Assembly: GCF_018977255.1 (NCBI RefSeq)
Contig: NW_024704742.1
Location: forward strand, 33,916,001 to 33,980,000
DNA from: Callorhinchus milii
Lineage: Eukaryota
Direction: 5' to 3'
Length of the DNA stretch: 64,000 nucleotides
Positions within the stretch are counted from its first letter, which is position 1. The number at the start of each line of letters is the position of its first letter. Of this stretch, positions 24,370 to 37,689 are shown one piece after another. Position numbers and translations under genes: made by a program. Below the pieces are notes generated by a model. It was not told the origin of the DNA, did not search any database, and saw nothing but the letters and a program-made list of their open reading frames with translations.

Positions 24370-24735
24370 CTAATAATCATATCATAATCTTTGCATTTGA
24401 TATAACACTGGTAACATTGAAACTCCTTAAAATATAGCGACTGTGCATTTGTAGAAGCAGCAACCAATTTATCAATAGCAATATCCCACAAATAGCCATG
24501 AAAGGAATGATCAATTTATCTGGAGAATTCTTGGCAAGGACACCAGTAATTCCCTTCTCTTGTAAATGCAAACTTTAATATCCATCTGAACAGGCTGCCA
24601 GGATGTTGGTTTAACATTATATCTAATGTTGCTCTTCCTCGCATTGCTTTGAAGTGTCAGGCTGGACTGTGAGCTGAAAGTTCCAAAACAGACTTGAATC
24701 CATAGCTTCCAGAGGCAAGAGTACTTCCCTCTTAA
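24370..24735 (-). mobile_element. Old DeuSINE
   Basis: Tail, Deu body and head remnants on minus strand. Confidence 0.75.
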
Positions 24736-25099
24736 CCTGAATCCTGAAATCTGACCTTGACTTACCATACAAGATGATTTTGTCTAAAAATTTAAGATTA
24801 TGCAGAATTTGTGGACAATTCTTCAATTCATTCCTCATTTGGAAGACAATTCTTTTTCATAACTGAGAAGAACGCAGCTTCAAATTTCAGAGTAAAATCA
24901 TGAATTGTACAATTCTGTTTGATCTTACATTTTAAAAGAAAAAATATCTTACAGGCTATGACGAGATGGTTGGAGGAACATTTAAATCATCTCAGAAAGC
25001 TCTCTAATAAAATAAAGACAATATCTTCTGAACGAAGCACTGAAATGTTGCTCTGTGTCTAGTCAATTTTTGAGATGACTTTGATTCAACGATTATGTT

Positions 25100-25312
25100 G
25101 AATCACATCCAGTCCTAGCCAGGCTCCACTGGCTCTCAATCACTGAATGGATTGATTCCAAGATCCTCTCACTCATTTTCAAATCCCTTCATGCCCTTGC
25201 ACCTCACTCCCTATCCAACCTGCTTACCCCTCACTCCACCACCCACTGCCTCCGCTTGGCTGGGTCTGGTCTCCTGTTTGTTGTTCGTGCCCTCTGTTCC
25301 ACCATCAGTGGC
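25100..25312 (+). mobile_element. L2 LINE fragment
   Basis: PVLARLHWLSITEWIDSKILSLIFKSLHALAP motif. Confidence 0.8.
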
Positions 25313-26140
25313 CGTTCCCTCCGTGACTCCCTCGTTCATTCCTCCATCATCACCAACAGTTGCTCCCCTCCCCCGGCACCTTCCCATGCCAGCGCAGGAG
25401 ATGCAATGGCTGCCCTTTCACCTCCTCCCATACCACTGTCCAGGGCCCCAAACACAGTTTTCAAGTTAAACAGTGATTTACGTGCACTTCCATCAATGTA
25501 CTTTACTGCATTCGCTGCTCACGATGCGGTCTCCTCTACATTGGGGAGACGAAACGTAGATTGGGTGACCGATTTGCCGTACACCTCTGTTCTGTCCACA
25601 AGCCTGAACTTCCGGTTTCTTGCCACTTCAACTCTCCCTCCCACTCGCACTCTGACCTCTCCATCCATGGTCTCCTACACCGTTCCAATGAGCCACAGCG
25701 CAAGCTCAAGGAACAGCACCTCATTTATCTGCTAGAGACTTTACAGCCCTCTGGCCTCAATTTTGATTTCAATAATTTCAGACAATAACAGCTCACCTTC
25801 CCCCTCCCCCACTTCTGTGACCATTCCATCATCATCTGGGTCCCAGACACACCTTTTCTCTCTCTGGTCTACCTGGTTTTTGCAATTTCCCCCCCTTATT
25901 TTGCATCATTAACACCTCTTCAACCCATCATCCTCTGTCCTCTCATTTGTCTTCCTTGCCCTGCCTCCCTCCTCTCTGTTAGCCCTTAAAAGCCTCCCAA
26001 CATGCCCCAGTTCTGACAAAGGGTCATGAACTGAAATGTTGCCTCACTTTCCTTTCTCCATAGATGTTGCCTGACCTGCTGAGTGTTCCCAGTGACTTCT
26101 GTTTTGTTTCAGATTTCCAGCATCTGCAGTATTTTACATT
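25312..26140 (+). mobile_element. Penelope-like element, 5'-truncated: GIY-YIG endonuclease remnant plus 3' region
   Basis: Translation PCQRRRCNGC...NVLYCIRCSRCGLLYIGETKRRLGDRFAVH...HFNSPSH...EQHLIYLLETLQPSGLN, with an in-frame stop upstream. Confidence 0.92.
26013..26041 (+). ncRNA. Degenerate minimal hammerhead ribozyme core in the Penelope 3' region
   Basis: CTGACAA-AGGGTC-ATG-AACT-GAAA-TGTTG, with upstream CAACAT able to form stem III; core mismatches present. Confidence 0.6.
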
Positions 26141-26348
26141 TTGTAATATAAATGCAAGTTTTTGTTGTGTCAATGTCAGGTGTGTATGTGATGGGGAGGG
26201 GGTTCATTGCTAATGCGAATGATGGCTATTAACTGCTTTTGATCACATTTTTTTGGCCATATGGTATTTATCATTTGCCTAGTAATACAGTTACCACACC
26301 TTAAAATATATCCTGTGAAAAGTTTGAGATGTCCTCCTGATGTGAATT

Positions 26349-27012
26349 ATAGATTCATAGAATATTATACCATGGAAGGAGGCCATTTAACCCATCGTGC
26401 CTGTGCTGACTCTTTGGAAGAGCTACCCAATCAGTCCCACTCCCCCGCTCTTTCCCCACATCCTTGCAAATCTTTCTTCTTCAAGTACCTATCCAATTCC
26501 CTTTTGAAAGTTGTTATTGAATCTGTTTCCACCACCCTTTCAGGCAGTGCGTTCCAGACCATAACAACTATATGTAAAAAAAATCTCCTCATCTGCCCTC
26601 TGGTTCTTTTGTGAATTATCTTGAATCTATGTTCCCTGGTTACCAACCCACTTGCCAGGGGAAACAGTTTCTCCCTCCCTACTCCTTTTGAACACCTCTA
26701 TTAAATCTCCCCTTAACCTTCTCTGCTGTAAGTAGAACAATCCCAGCTTCTCCACATAACTAAAGTCCCTCATCCCTGGTAAGTCTCATCTGCACTATCT
26801 CAAAGGTCTTTATATCCTTCCTAAAGTGTGGTGCCACTGTGTCCACTGGTAGAATTGGACACAAAACTCCAGCTGAGGCCTAACCAGTGACTTATAAAGG
26901 TTTAGCAGAACTTCCTTGCTTTTGGACTCTATACCTCTATTTATAAAACCAAGGATCCCATATGCTTTTTAACAGCTCCATCAACCTGTCCTGCCACCTT
27001 CAAAGACCTGTA
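26349..27012 (-). mobile_element. CR1 LINE 3' part, nested in a SINE tail
   Basis: VVMVWNALPERVVETDSITTFKRELDRYL; CR1 3' UTR; host SINE tail on both sides. Confidence 0.92.
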
Positions 27013-28792
27013 TATGTTAATCGCCTGTATCAAAAATGTGAAAATCACTATATCAAATGTAAGGACTAATATGATTTATTATTCTCACTGTAATTATCAC
27101 ATCAAGTTGTATTTCCCCAAATTTGTTATACAGCTTATAATGCTACCTCTCACTGAATGTAACTTTCTTCTTCTTTTTAGTCACTCCCCCGGCACCTTCC
27201 CATGCCAGCGCAAGAGATGCAATACCTGCCCTGTTTAGTCAGCTGGCTGTATGACATATGCATAAACCTATCACCACGTTTAAGTGTATTCAAACAAAAC
27301 TGACAGTTCCATGCATCCCACTTTTACATGGAGATTCCTGAGATATGTCTTGTGATAGAATGTATATTCTCCCCCTGCTAATTCCGGACAGTAATAGGTG
27401 TAGGTTGACAAGGCTTGGGGACCCCAGAGTGTGTGTTGGAACACTGCTGGAGTCCAGTCAGCTAAAACCACATAGCTTGTCATTGAGAGCACTGGCTGTC
27501 AAGCTTTCCCGCTGTTTGGACCACCCTATTTGTCAGGACATTGGCTTGAAGGGTTAACAAGAGCTGGTGGGAAGAATCCTTCCTGCCAATGACTGGTCTG
27601 GTCTTTCAAATTCTGCTAATGAACCAGCCCAGATGTGCTGTCATCAGCAGTGACCTGGAGTACTGTGGACCCACCTGGCTCAGAAATTGAGACAGTCACA
27701 GAGTGTTGGGTCGATTCTGACGTTCTGTTGCCAAATATGTCATCTTGAAGCCAATTCAGCTCCAGGGAGACCCTGCTTATCGCCCCCCAAGAAGGATAGT
27801 CACTATTTGGTCAACTTTCTTCTTAACTTCTCCCTCTCATTTTATTTCTTGCCTTTCTATAAAGGGGCTTCGAAAATAAAACAATTCTGTTCTGATTAAA
27901 GGCCACACTCAAACTGTTAACATTTTGCTTTCTTTCAGATATTAATTTGACTTGCTCTGGATTTCCAATTGTTTTCTACTTTTAATTTATTAATGACCAA
28001 CCATAATGAATAGAAAGCAGAGCAACTCTATTCTGAATGAAAGATACGGCAATGTCATCGGAAATTACCCTTTACAATCAGGTAACTTTACCATTGATGT
28101 TTCTCTGTGTTCCATTACATGAGCAGAAGATTAATCTGTGACTATCTCACTAAACCTTACTTACACTTTTTACTTTTAATGAAACTGAGACTGTGGGTAG
28201 TTACCTAAAATGAAAAACATGTGAAAGTGTTGACTGGGTCCAATATTCAGTGAAGTGATATTGACTGTGATACTTTTACTGCTGTCCAGACCTATCAGGT
28301 ATGATACTTTGCAGTTTAAAGGAATGTTCTATTCCAATAACAGTCTAGATTACCATAAGAATTAGAGGTGAAATAATGTATCAAGTTCAACAACAGCTGT
28401 TTTACTATGGGACCAGTGTCAGTTTTTGAGGTGTTTTAGAAGAATCATCAAAACAGTCATGTTTCTGTCATTTTTAATGCAGTATCATGGAGGTGGGATC
28501 CTGTATGAAGTCATCAAGGCCTGGTTTCTTATAAGCCTCAGTATCACACTTCTGGTTTGCATTTGGACAGGCATTAAAGCCAAGTGTTGAATATTATTTA
28601 GTTTCACCGTAATAAATAATTTGAAAAAGATGGTTAGAATCCATTCTCAACTTTAAATGCCTCCACAATCATGATGCACATAGATGAGAGGTTTTACAAG
28701 GCACATCTGGGTTTAAAGAATAAAGAAAAACTCTCCCACTGAACAGAAGAAGTTCAGGTAGGGTTTACTGTGCAATAAATTGTAACCGATAC

Positions 28793-28849
28793 CTTTTAAA
28801 GACTGTTCAATGAAATATGGAAGCCTTCCAAGGGCATCTTCCAAGGCAC
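28793..28849 (-). CDS. Internal coding exon (57 bp, phase 1 to 1): ALEDALGRLPYFIEQSLK
   Basis: Strong acceptor ttttactttttcag and donor AAG|gtatcg; single open frame; phase matches exon 60081-60164. Confidence 0.68.
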
Positions 28850-29129
28850 CTGAAAAAGTAAAACTCTTTTGTATAAAAGTAACACATAAGACAGGTTCTA
28901 CCATGGTGTTATAATTGAACAGGCACACCTAACCTCTCCCTGTTACCAATCTGGGTAACTGAATCCCCTCTGAATATTCCGCTAGATTGAGAGAATGTAT
29001 TTCATTTAACACACTGTACAGGATAGGATTATTTTAACAATGCAATTGAAATTTTTTTTGTGATTTAATGCCTACTTTAAAACATAATAAACTGAAGGCA
29101 GCAGCTACAAACTTTAGAATTGTCTGCAA

Positions 29130-29590
29130 TAATAATCCTTGCATTTGATATAAGCCTCATCATGTTGAAGCAAAGCTCTTCACTTCACAATAATTGCTGT
29201 TCAGTGTCGTGACTCTGTATTTGTAAAAATAATAATATTTACATCATATGTAGTGCCTTTTATGTTGGGAGGACATCTCAAAGCATTTAACAGAATTTAC
29301 TGAAGTGTGGTGACTGTGTTTTGTGAGTGAGCTAGGCAATCAATTTATGCACAGCAATGTCGCCCACACACCTGTGAATGAATAATTGTATCCAGGAAAT
29401 TGTTTGTCAGTACAATGGAAGAAACTTCCTTCTGTTTTTGAATAGTGCCATAGAATCTTTAATGTCTACCTGAAGAGGTAGACGGGTTTAACATTTCATC
29501 TGGAGGACAGCACCTCTTACAATGCAGCACTCTCCCAAGATTGCAATGGGGTACATCTTAGGCCATAGGCTAAAAGTCCCCAGAACCTCT
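29130..29590 (-). mobile_element. Stacked old SINE tail and DeuSINE
   Basis: Tail and Deu motifs on minus strand. Confidence 0.75.
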
Positions 29591-29620
29591 GACAAGAGTT
29601 TTAACAACTGATCCAAGTTG

Positions 29621-30475
29621 ACAACAACAACAAAATTACATTTATAGAGCTCCTTTCACATTGGGAGGATGTCTCAAAGCGCTGAACAGTCAGGTGTTGG
29701 GGCCCGAGCATGGGGAGGGGTGGTGTAGAGGTGAGTGAAGGCAGAGAGGTGGGAGGGCGACCAAAGGCATGATAGAAGAGAAGGGTCTTGAGACCGGCCT
29801 TGAAGGAGTCAAGGGAGGAAGCGAGGCGAAGGGACCGTGGGATGGAGTTCCAGAGTGTGGGGGCAAAGAGACTGAAAACCCGGCCACCGATAGTAGGGCA
29901 GATTGGTCGGGAGACATGGAGCAGGCTGGAGCCCACGGAATGGAGGGAGCGGGCAGGTTGGTAGGGAGTCAGCAGGTCAGAGACGTAGGAGGGGCAAGGC
30001 CATGGATGGCCTTGAAAGTGAGGATGAGGATATTGAACTCAATCCTCTGGGGGATGGGGAGCCGGTGGAGTCGGGCGAGGGTGGGATTGATGAGGTTGCA
30101 GAGCCTGATGCGCGAGAGTTTTCGAGCTGCAGAGTTTTGGATGATCTGCAGCTTGTGAAGGGAAGAGTTGGGAAGGCCGATGAGGAGGGAGCTTCCGTAA
30201 TCGAGCCTTGATGTGACGAATGCGTGGGTGAGGGTTTGGCAGCCTGAGGGGTGAGGCAGTGGCGGAGTCTGGCAATGTTGTGGAGGTGGTGGTAGGCAGT
30301 GCGGGACATGGCATGGCTAATAATAATCCTTGCATTTGATATAGCGCTTTTCACGTCTTCTAGACGTCCCAAAGCGCTTCACAGAATATACTGTAAAGTG
30401 AATTGACTGTATATTTGTGGGAGAAAGGACAGTTCAGGGTCAAACAAGACTCCCAGGTTCTTGACTGGCTTAGTG
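29621..30475 (-). mobile_element. L2 LINE with a 5'-truncated SINE inserted at 30318-30421
   Basis: L2 ORF2 motifs (HLHNIARLRHCLTPQAA; TIGGRVFSLFAPTLWNSIP); L2 resumes after the SINE. Confidence 0.92.
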
Positions 30476-31149
30476 AGGTTACACTAAGGTTACACCTGAG
30501 GTGATAGCTTAAATTGTTTAAGTGTTAGCAATCATTCGTAAGGGGATGTGGCAATATAGAACAAACTGACTAGTTTGTGTGGATTTGTTGTTCAACAACA
30601 GTGTTAAGGAAATTAAGAGTGATATGCATTCATTGTAGTTGTAGACTTAATAGTAATTCGGGCACATGCTGTACTTGTCAGACTGACTTGAATTGCACAA
30701 GACAAATGTTTTGAATAGAAAAAGATCTTCCTTGTTTTGCTCATATTGTTTTACCAATGCAATCCATAGAGAGGTTGAGGGTGACCTCATAAAGAGTGGG
30801 GAAGGGGAAAATTGGTACAATATTATTACAGATTAAGCCATATAAAAATATAAGGGGAAGAGTGATCATTTGTGATAAAAATGTAATACTAACTTTTTAA
30901 AAACTATTTGTAAAACATGTTTTTGTTTTTTGTTTTGAGCTGGTATTGGCACTCAACAACCTGACAAATCTACATTGTCAGTATCTTGGCTTCCAAACTC
31001 AAAAAGTGCACCATCGCTGGTCTACAGTGAGATATGGTGATTGCACAGACAGTGTGCAATGGGAAGAAATTCAAAATTGGTAGCACATCAAGGATTAGAC
31101 ACATTCCTTGGAAGTATGGAATAAATTTATAACAATAATATATAATACT

Positions 31150-31485
31150 AGAGACTGGAGACGCTGGACCTGTTTTAATTGGAGCAGAGAAGGTTGAGGG
31201 GGGGCCTGATTGAGGTGTACAAAATCATGCAGGATTTTGTTAGGGTAAATAGAGAGAAGTTATTTATGTTGATAGGGACGTCAGTAATTAGGGGACATAG
31301 ATATAAGAGCCACAAGAAGAGCAAAAGAAGAATTTAAGAGGATTTTTTTTTCACCCAGAGAGTTATTTGAATGTGCAACACCCTGCCTAGTAAGATGGTG
31401 GAAACAGAGTCCATTGTAGCTTTCAAGAGGGAAGTAGACAGGCATATGATAGAGAGGGTCTTGAAGGGGTATAGGGATCAAGGGG
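31150..31485 (+). mobile_element. Degenerate CR1 3' fragment
   Basis: LEQRRLRGGLIEVYKIM motif. Confidence 0.8.
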
Positions 31486-33076
31486 GGCTAATATATATTA
31501 GGAACCACTTAACTCCACTTAAATTCTAGCATATGGTATCAAACAGCATGATCTATGCCTTAGGTAGAATGAAAGTAAAGCCTATTATGTGGGAATGCAT
31601 GTACATGAAGGTATTGTGGTACAAAGTATATGCAGAGATTGATAGTGCTCCTGAAGATGTGACCCTTTGTTAACTCTCTTAAGGACCCACATATTAACTT
31701 CGGGCTAGTGCTCCAAGTTTGAAAGGATCTGGGATGCTTTCTGGCACGTTATAACAGCTATGGCTTGGAGGCATGGAAGGGTCAGACTCAACAATACGAG
31801 TGACTGATAAGTAACCTACTCGTTTATTCCTTCCAGTCAATCTTCAGGTTCCTTCCTTCCCTCTATTCTTTTATGCGTTTGGCAACACATTTGTTACTGT
31901 TCGAGTCTTACCATGCTGGTTTTCTACCTTCAATAAACCAATTGTTGAGTTTCTATATCTTCTAAAAGGATAGGGTTATATGTAATACCTTTCAAGAAAC
32001 ACCTAAAGTAAAAATTATGTGAAAGATAGAATAGTTAGAAAAATGACTAGCCCAACTAGTCTATGCCAGTGTTTACTTTCCACACGAACTTTCACCCATC
32101 CTAATGTTCCCTTCCTAACCTCCTCCATACCTCTCTATTCCCTTCTACCTCATGAATACAATACCTTTCAACTTGCATCTGGAGGTGTAACCCATGAATC
32201 CTGGTGAGTGATGTGTTTCTTAACGTAAGCACTGCAGATGCCATCTGTACATTGAATTTAACAACAGATTGGTGCTCACGTTTTGTCCAGTGTTGCCTAA
32301 TTGTTAAAAAAATTGGCACATGTTACAATATTGCAAAACCTGCCAATTTAAGTACTAGTCCAGGAAATTAGACAACAGACTAATTGTTAGTGGATTAGTC
32401 ACTGTCTGACAGCTGCTGGTAAACAGGGTCATTGTGTGAGTTTCAACAGATTTCGAACTGGGTGGACACAAATTGAACACTTCTTGAAAAACAGCTTCTA
32501 ACATGAAGAGAAGTGACAAGATCAGGCCTATCTTGTGGTAGGGAACTAGACCTCAAAGTATCATTGATGGCAAACATGAAGAAATCCTTGGATGGCAGGA
32601 AAATGGATGAGAGCAGAACTGGCAGTGGAGACCTTAAAAGTAAACAAAAACAAATAACAGAAAATATTTGTATGGATTTGAGGCTGCAGGGTTTATAAGG
32701 GTGGTATGATGGAGAATAACGGTATTTTAGAAAATCTGAATGGCGAGACGGCCTGTAATGATTTTTTCCGGTCTTGTGCATTCCTATTTTCCTGAGTACA
32801 AACCAGAGGCAATTGAATGATAGATTACTGCCCAGTACCAGTGTTGTGAGATTGAAAGCAGATGACGGAACACTGAGACTTTCTATGTGTTGTGTGGGTC
32901 TCCAAAGCACAGTACAGTTCATTTATCATAAGTAAAGATTGACCCTTTTTTTCCGGGAGCTGAAATCATCCTGTTCACTCCATGGAGTTGAGATGTGATA
33001 ACATTCACATTGAATGATTATGAATTATTTCAAAAAAGTAATCCATTCCTCAATTGATTCCAGGAATTAATAGATA

Positions 33077-33210
33077 AATAATAATAATAATCCTTGCATT
33101 TGATATAACGCTTTATCACATCTTTGAGACATCTCAAAGCACTTCACAGAATATACTGTAAAGTGGATTGACTGTATTTTGTGTGCAAAACAGGCAACCA
33201 ATTGCACACA
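33077..33210 (-). mobile_element. SINE 3' fragment
   Basis: Tail stem-loop plus (TTA)n. Confidence 0.85.
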
Positions 33211-33562
33211 GATACTAATATAGCTTTTCTTAGTATCTAGGTAAGATAAACAAGAACAGATTGTTAGAAGTCTACAGGACAAACCTGTAAAAAAGAAGGA
33301 TCTGGGAAGTGGTGTGGGGTGGATACTGGCAGTGTAACGTGAACTTAGTACATAACAGTGACAAGGAATGAACACAGGTTTTAGGGAAAGATAGGGTAGA
33401 ACATACGATACAGGATGTGACAGTGGACTTATACAAATCATTGATCTGCAGTATCCAGTGAGGTTAAATTCCTCCAACTCCTTTCAACACTGGGGGGGTG
33501 GGGATCAACATTGTGGTACTGTATTTGTAAACACATCCTATTGTTTACATAAGGAAAGTTGT

Positions 33563-33985
33563 TCATAGAATCATAGAATTATACAGCACAGAAGGAGGCC
33601 ATTCGGCCCATCGTGTCTGTGCTGGCTCTTTGAAAAGAGCCATCCAATCCAATCCCACTCCCCCACTCTCTCCCCTTATCCCTGGAAACTTGTCCTCTCC
33701 AAATAATTATCCACGACTCTCTTAAAAGTTGTTATCGAATCGGCTTCCACCACCCTTTCAGGCAATGCATTCCAGATTCGAACAACTCGCTATTTGAAAA
33801 AATTTCTCCTCATCTCCCCTCTGTGTCTTTTAACAAGTATTTTCAATTGGTGTCCTCGGGTTACCGACCCACCTGCCAGTGGAAATAGTTTCTCCTTGTT
33901 CACCCTATTGAATCCCCTTATAATTTTGAAAACTTCTGTTAATTCTCCTCTTAACCTCCTCTTCTCCTAGGAGAATAATCCTAAC
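33563..33985 (-). mobile_element. CR1 LINE 3' end
   Basis: (ATTCTATG)n tail and GGGCCGAATGGCCTCC hairpin; similar to 40405-41268. Confidence 0.92.
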
Positions 33986-35364
33986 ATTTTAATAGGTTAA
34001 AATATATTTTGATATATCTCCACCATCAACTTCAAAATCATGGTAGAGCCTATACCTGGTGGAAAAATCCTGGATGAAAAATCAACTTGGATTTCCCGTT
34101 TCATTTTTGAGAAACAAAACAGGCTGAAACAATCTTTCTGAGCTTCTTCAAGGAATACTGGTCTAATGTAATCTGAATAAACTAGGAGAGGCTATTTTCT
34201 GTGCTTGCAAATAACAGTAGAGGCCTTGCTGAAATTTGCAGAACACTGGATGGGATTTCCCAGTATAAATAATTAATAATAAACATTGTTATTTTAGTGT
34301 TCATCTTAGTGTGGGCAGTTTTAAGATGGAACTCAGCAGTGATGAGGATGGGACTGTGTATAAGAGATAAGAAACTATGGTATTTATATATTGGAATGAC
34401 CATAGTGGTCTCATCCTGTCTGCTCATTCCTATGAGAGATAATCAAATATTTTCTAGAACATGATTGTTTCTGAGCTTGTAGGATCGGGAAATATCAGGT
34501 CAAGGAAAGGAACCATACTGAGATAACAGCAACCGAAGTTTGAAGGACAATTGATTAAATTCCACAAAATCACGCAGAGCTTTTAGTTTGGAACAAAAAT
34601 TCTGACAGAGCACAGGTCAATTAATTTTTTTAAAATTCTACTCAGAGTGTTATAGAAATACTGTACTTGCGTGTTTTACGGTAGGCAGGATATTTGATGA
34701 TGTTGCTGATCTCTTTTAAGAGAGTCGTAGATAATTATTTGGAGAGGACAATTTGGCAGGGATAAAGGGAGAGAGTGGGGGAGTTTGATTTCTTTACGGA
34801 GTGGCAGTTCCATAGCAAAGCTGATTTTTTAAAATTAAAATAATGCCTCCCCATAATTTAGTTTTCCACATTTCTACAATCTATATACCCAATCTTTAAA
34901 AAGCTGCATCAATAGTACAACAAATGATTTGTATATCCAATGGGTTATTCTCTGCTAGGCACGAAAAGCCCGAGCGTAGCAGGTAAAAGTTATCCTCACT
35001 AGTGCGTCCTTGTTTAGGCTGTTGGTTCTTCAGTCAACTCAGTGTGAGTATTTTGGGACTCCCGGAACATCATAAAATCATATTTCCTTGAATAGCTCTT
35101 CTAAGGTCATTTACAATAATACAAATACAATCTCAACAAGCTTGTCAAATATATAACTGCTACATGTACATTGGTGCAAAGTATAACAGTGGACAATTAC
35201 CTCAGCATAATGATATCACAGGGGCTCAAAGCACATTGTTTCACATGACAGCTCAGATCAAACGTATTACGCCTTTGGTCCCTTTTGGTTGGGTTGAATA
35301 TTATCAGTGTTTTAAGGAGGAGATGTATCTGTCAAGGGGTAGCTATATTTTGTGTTGGCTGCAC

Positions 35365-35688
35365 AGAAGGTTTACAAAGAAAATTGACTGAACAAATGTT
35401 AAATCGAGATTCTGTCTGCCTGTCAGGTGATATTAAAATCCCATGGCTCCATTTGAACAGAGAATGAGTTTATCCCACTGCGCTGCTAACAAACCTCCAG
35501 GTATAATTGATCATCGCTTTATGGCTGTTTATGTGTTTGTAGGCCATTGCTGTGTGCAAATTAATTGCCATGTTTGCTTATAAGTAGTCACTACACTTTA
35601 TAGCAAAAGCTCTGTGAAACACTTTGAGATGTTTTGATGACATAATAAGGTGCTATATTCAAATTAAAGGATTATATTATTATTATAT
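35365..35688 (+). mobile_element. Old DeuSINE
   Basis: Deu body and L2-type tail. Confidence 0.75.
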
Positions 35689-37070
35689 GGGAAAACCATA
35701 ATACGATTAATGTAACCTGATGTCACTTGAACCATGGTTTCTGCTAATTTCTGTCAGAGATGTAATTGCAGATATAACTGCAATTGCCTCAGTATCCTGA
35801 GTCAGGACATGTAAAAAGGGCATCAGTCACACACAGAAAACAAAGCTTTTTTTAACAATAACTTTTGCATAACAGTTTTAACAATAATTTTTTATTTTAA
35901 GAAAAATGTTCATTTTGAAAAGGAATCTGTACCTTTCAACATCTCCAGACTCTCCTTACTTCTCACTAGCACTTAGCTTTATACTGGTGCTTGTCAGCCT
36001 GTGCCTGATACCCAATTAGCACTTAGGGCTGGAACTCCAACGTCTGCTTGGAGTCCAGCTCTTGTTAGATTGTAGCACCTTTTTACCGAGTCACAAAAAA
36101 CAACATGCTCCTTTACATGTAGGCTGATCGCTAAAAGCCATAAAAGTAGTGACAGGGTTTATCCTCCTGTCACAACACAGACAGAATTAAGTGAAATTGT
36201 ACCTGGCACTAGATTTATTCTATTTATGTTGCTTTGTGGAGCATCTAGAATTTTTTGCAAATTGTTTCGCGAATTGTTTGAAGTTGTTTTCTGTATTATC
36301 TAGAATGCTACATAAATAGAGTAAATCAAAACTCACTAACCTTCTGTTGAAAAGTGGGCATGTGGATGTAAGAACAAGCTTGAGATTGGCTGTGATCCTT
36401 CTATGATCATATAACCTACTGACAATTCACTGTCAAGATTCACATATGAAAAATAATCCCTTGCATGACCTAGGTTAGGTATTTATTTGCCTCTGGAACT
36501 CCAGATTGACAGCATGTGATAAAATATTGCTGCTCATATTTTGAATGTACAATAGTGGTTCAGGTCTCAGTCATTATGAAGGTAATCCTCAGTCTCAATC
36601 ATTATAAAACATTCTCAGCCATTTGTATACTTGTTAAGGCAATACTTTCTACTGTAACCATCAAAAGCAACCTCTAACAGTAGAGACACGCTCATGAAAA
36701 TTTGCAGTCATACAAATTAATGAACTGGAGGCTTGTGAAAACACGTTGCAAATTAATGCCACCATGCTGGATTCTATAAGCTTACAACTATAAAAGTGGC
36801 AGGTACAGATAAGCTTGCATGAGCTTGCCACGTACAAAATAAAAACAATAGAGATGATAGCAAGACTACAGCCATTATTTTCTGTCAGTTTAACTGTAGC
36901 CTTGGGCTGAGTTATGCTGTCTTGTTAGGTTGTTCTATCATTGACAGAGCAGTTCTTGAAACCCTGCCTACTTTTCCACAGTTAAGTCTGAGGGGTATAA
37001 CTTGAACACTGACAGTTTGATTAAACATTGCCTGGATGTCATGTAAAATAGTGAAGACAAGATAGATGAA

Positions 37071-37315
37071 GGAGTCCTGTAGCTCAGTGGTTAGAGCACT
37101 CGCTTTGCAAGCGAGAGACCTGGGTTCGATTACCGGCAAGGTGAAACCTTGGGCAAGTTTCCTTACGCCACACGCCTGATTGGCCAATTGGCTGCTGTAA
37201 TTCACCCACAGATATACAGTCAATTCACTTTACAGTCTATTCTGTGAAGCACTTTGAGACGTCTAGAAGACGTGAAAAGCGCTATATCAAATGCAAGGAT
37301 TATTATTATTATTAT
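37071..37315 (+). mobile_element. tRNA-Ala SINE with internal deletion
   Basis: Intact head and tail; middle missing relative to 7261 copy; possible ATGAAG target duplication. Confidence 0.92.
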
Positions 37316-37689
37316 GAAGTTTATCTGATTGTTCTGATGGGGAAGGGCAAAGGTGGGCACTCTGCTGTTATGCTATCCTCATCCTTCCAATTATCCATCT
37401 ATAATTTTGCACTTTCTCAATGCAATACCTTTGTATCCAGTTTCAAACATCACAACCGACATCCCAGCCATGAAGATGTTATCCCAGAGGTTCACTAAAA
37501 TGATATCAGAGATGGGAATTCTTGTCATGTGGATGGACTTGAAAAGCTGGAGAAGAGGAAGTTCAGAAGCGTTGTAACAGTTTTTCAAAATTATAGATAG
37601 AAATAAACTAATTCCTGTGTTCATTTAGTCAATTACCGGGGAACAAATAAGATAGGACTACCCTGTCCTTTAGAGCTTTGGCTTGGTGC

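Noticed and set aside
32443..32922. 159-aa minus-strand ORF
   Set aside because: No recognisable protein features or clear splice signals
37071..37140. tRNA-Ala genes (also near 7505-7575, 7968, 8670-8738, 15179, 17780-17849)
   Set aside because: No acceptor-stem closure; each continues into a SINE body
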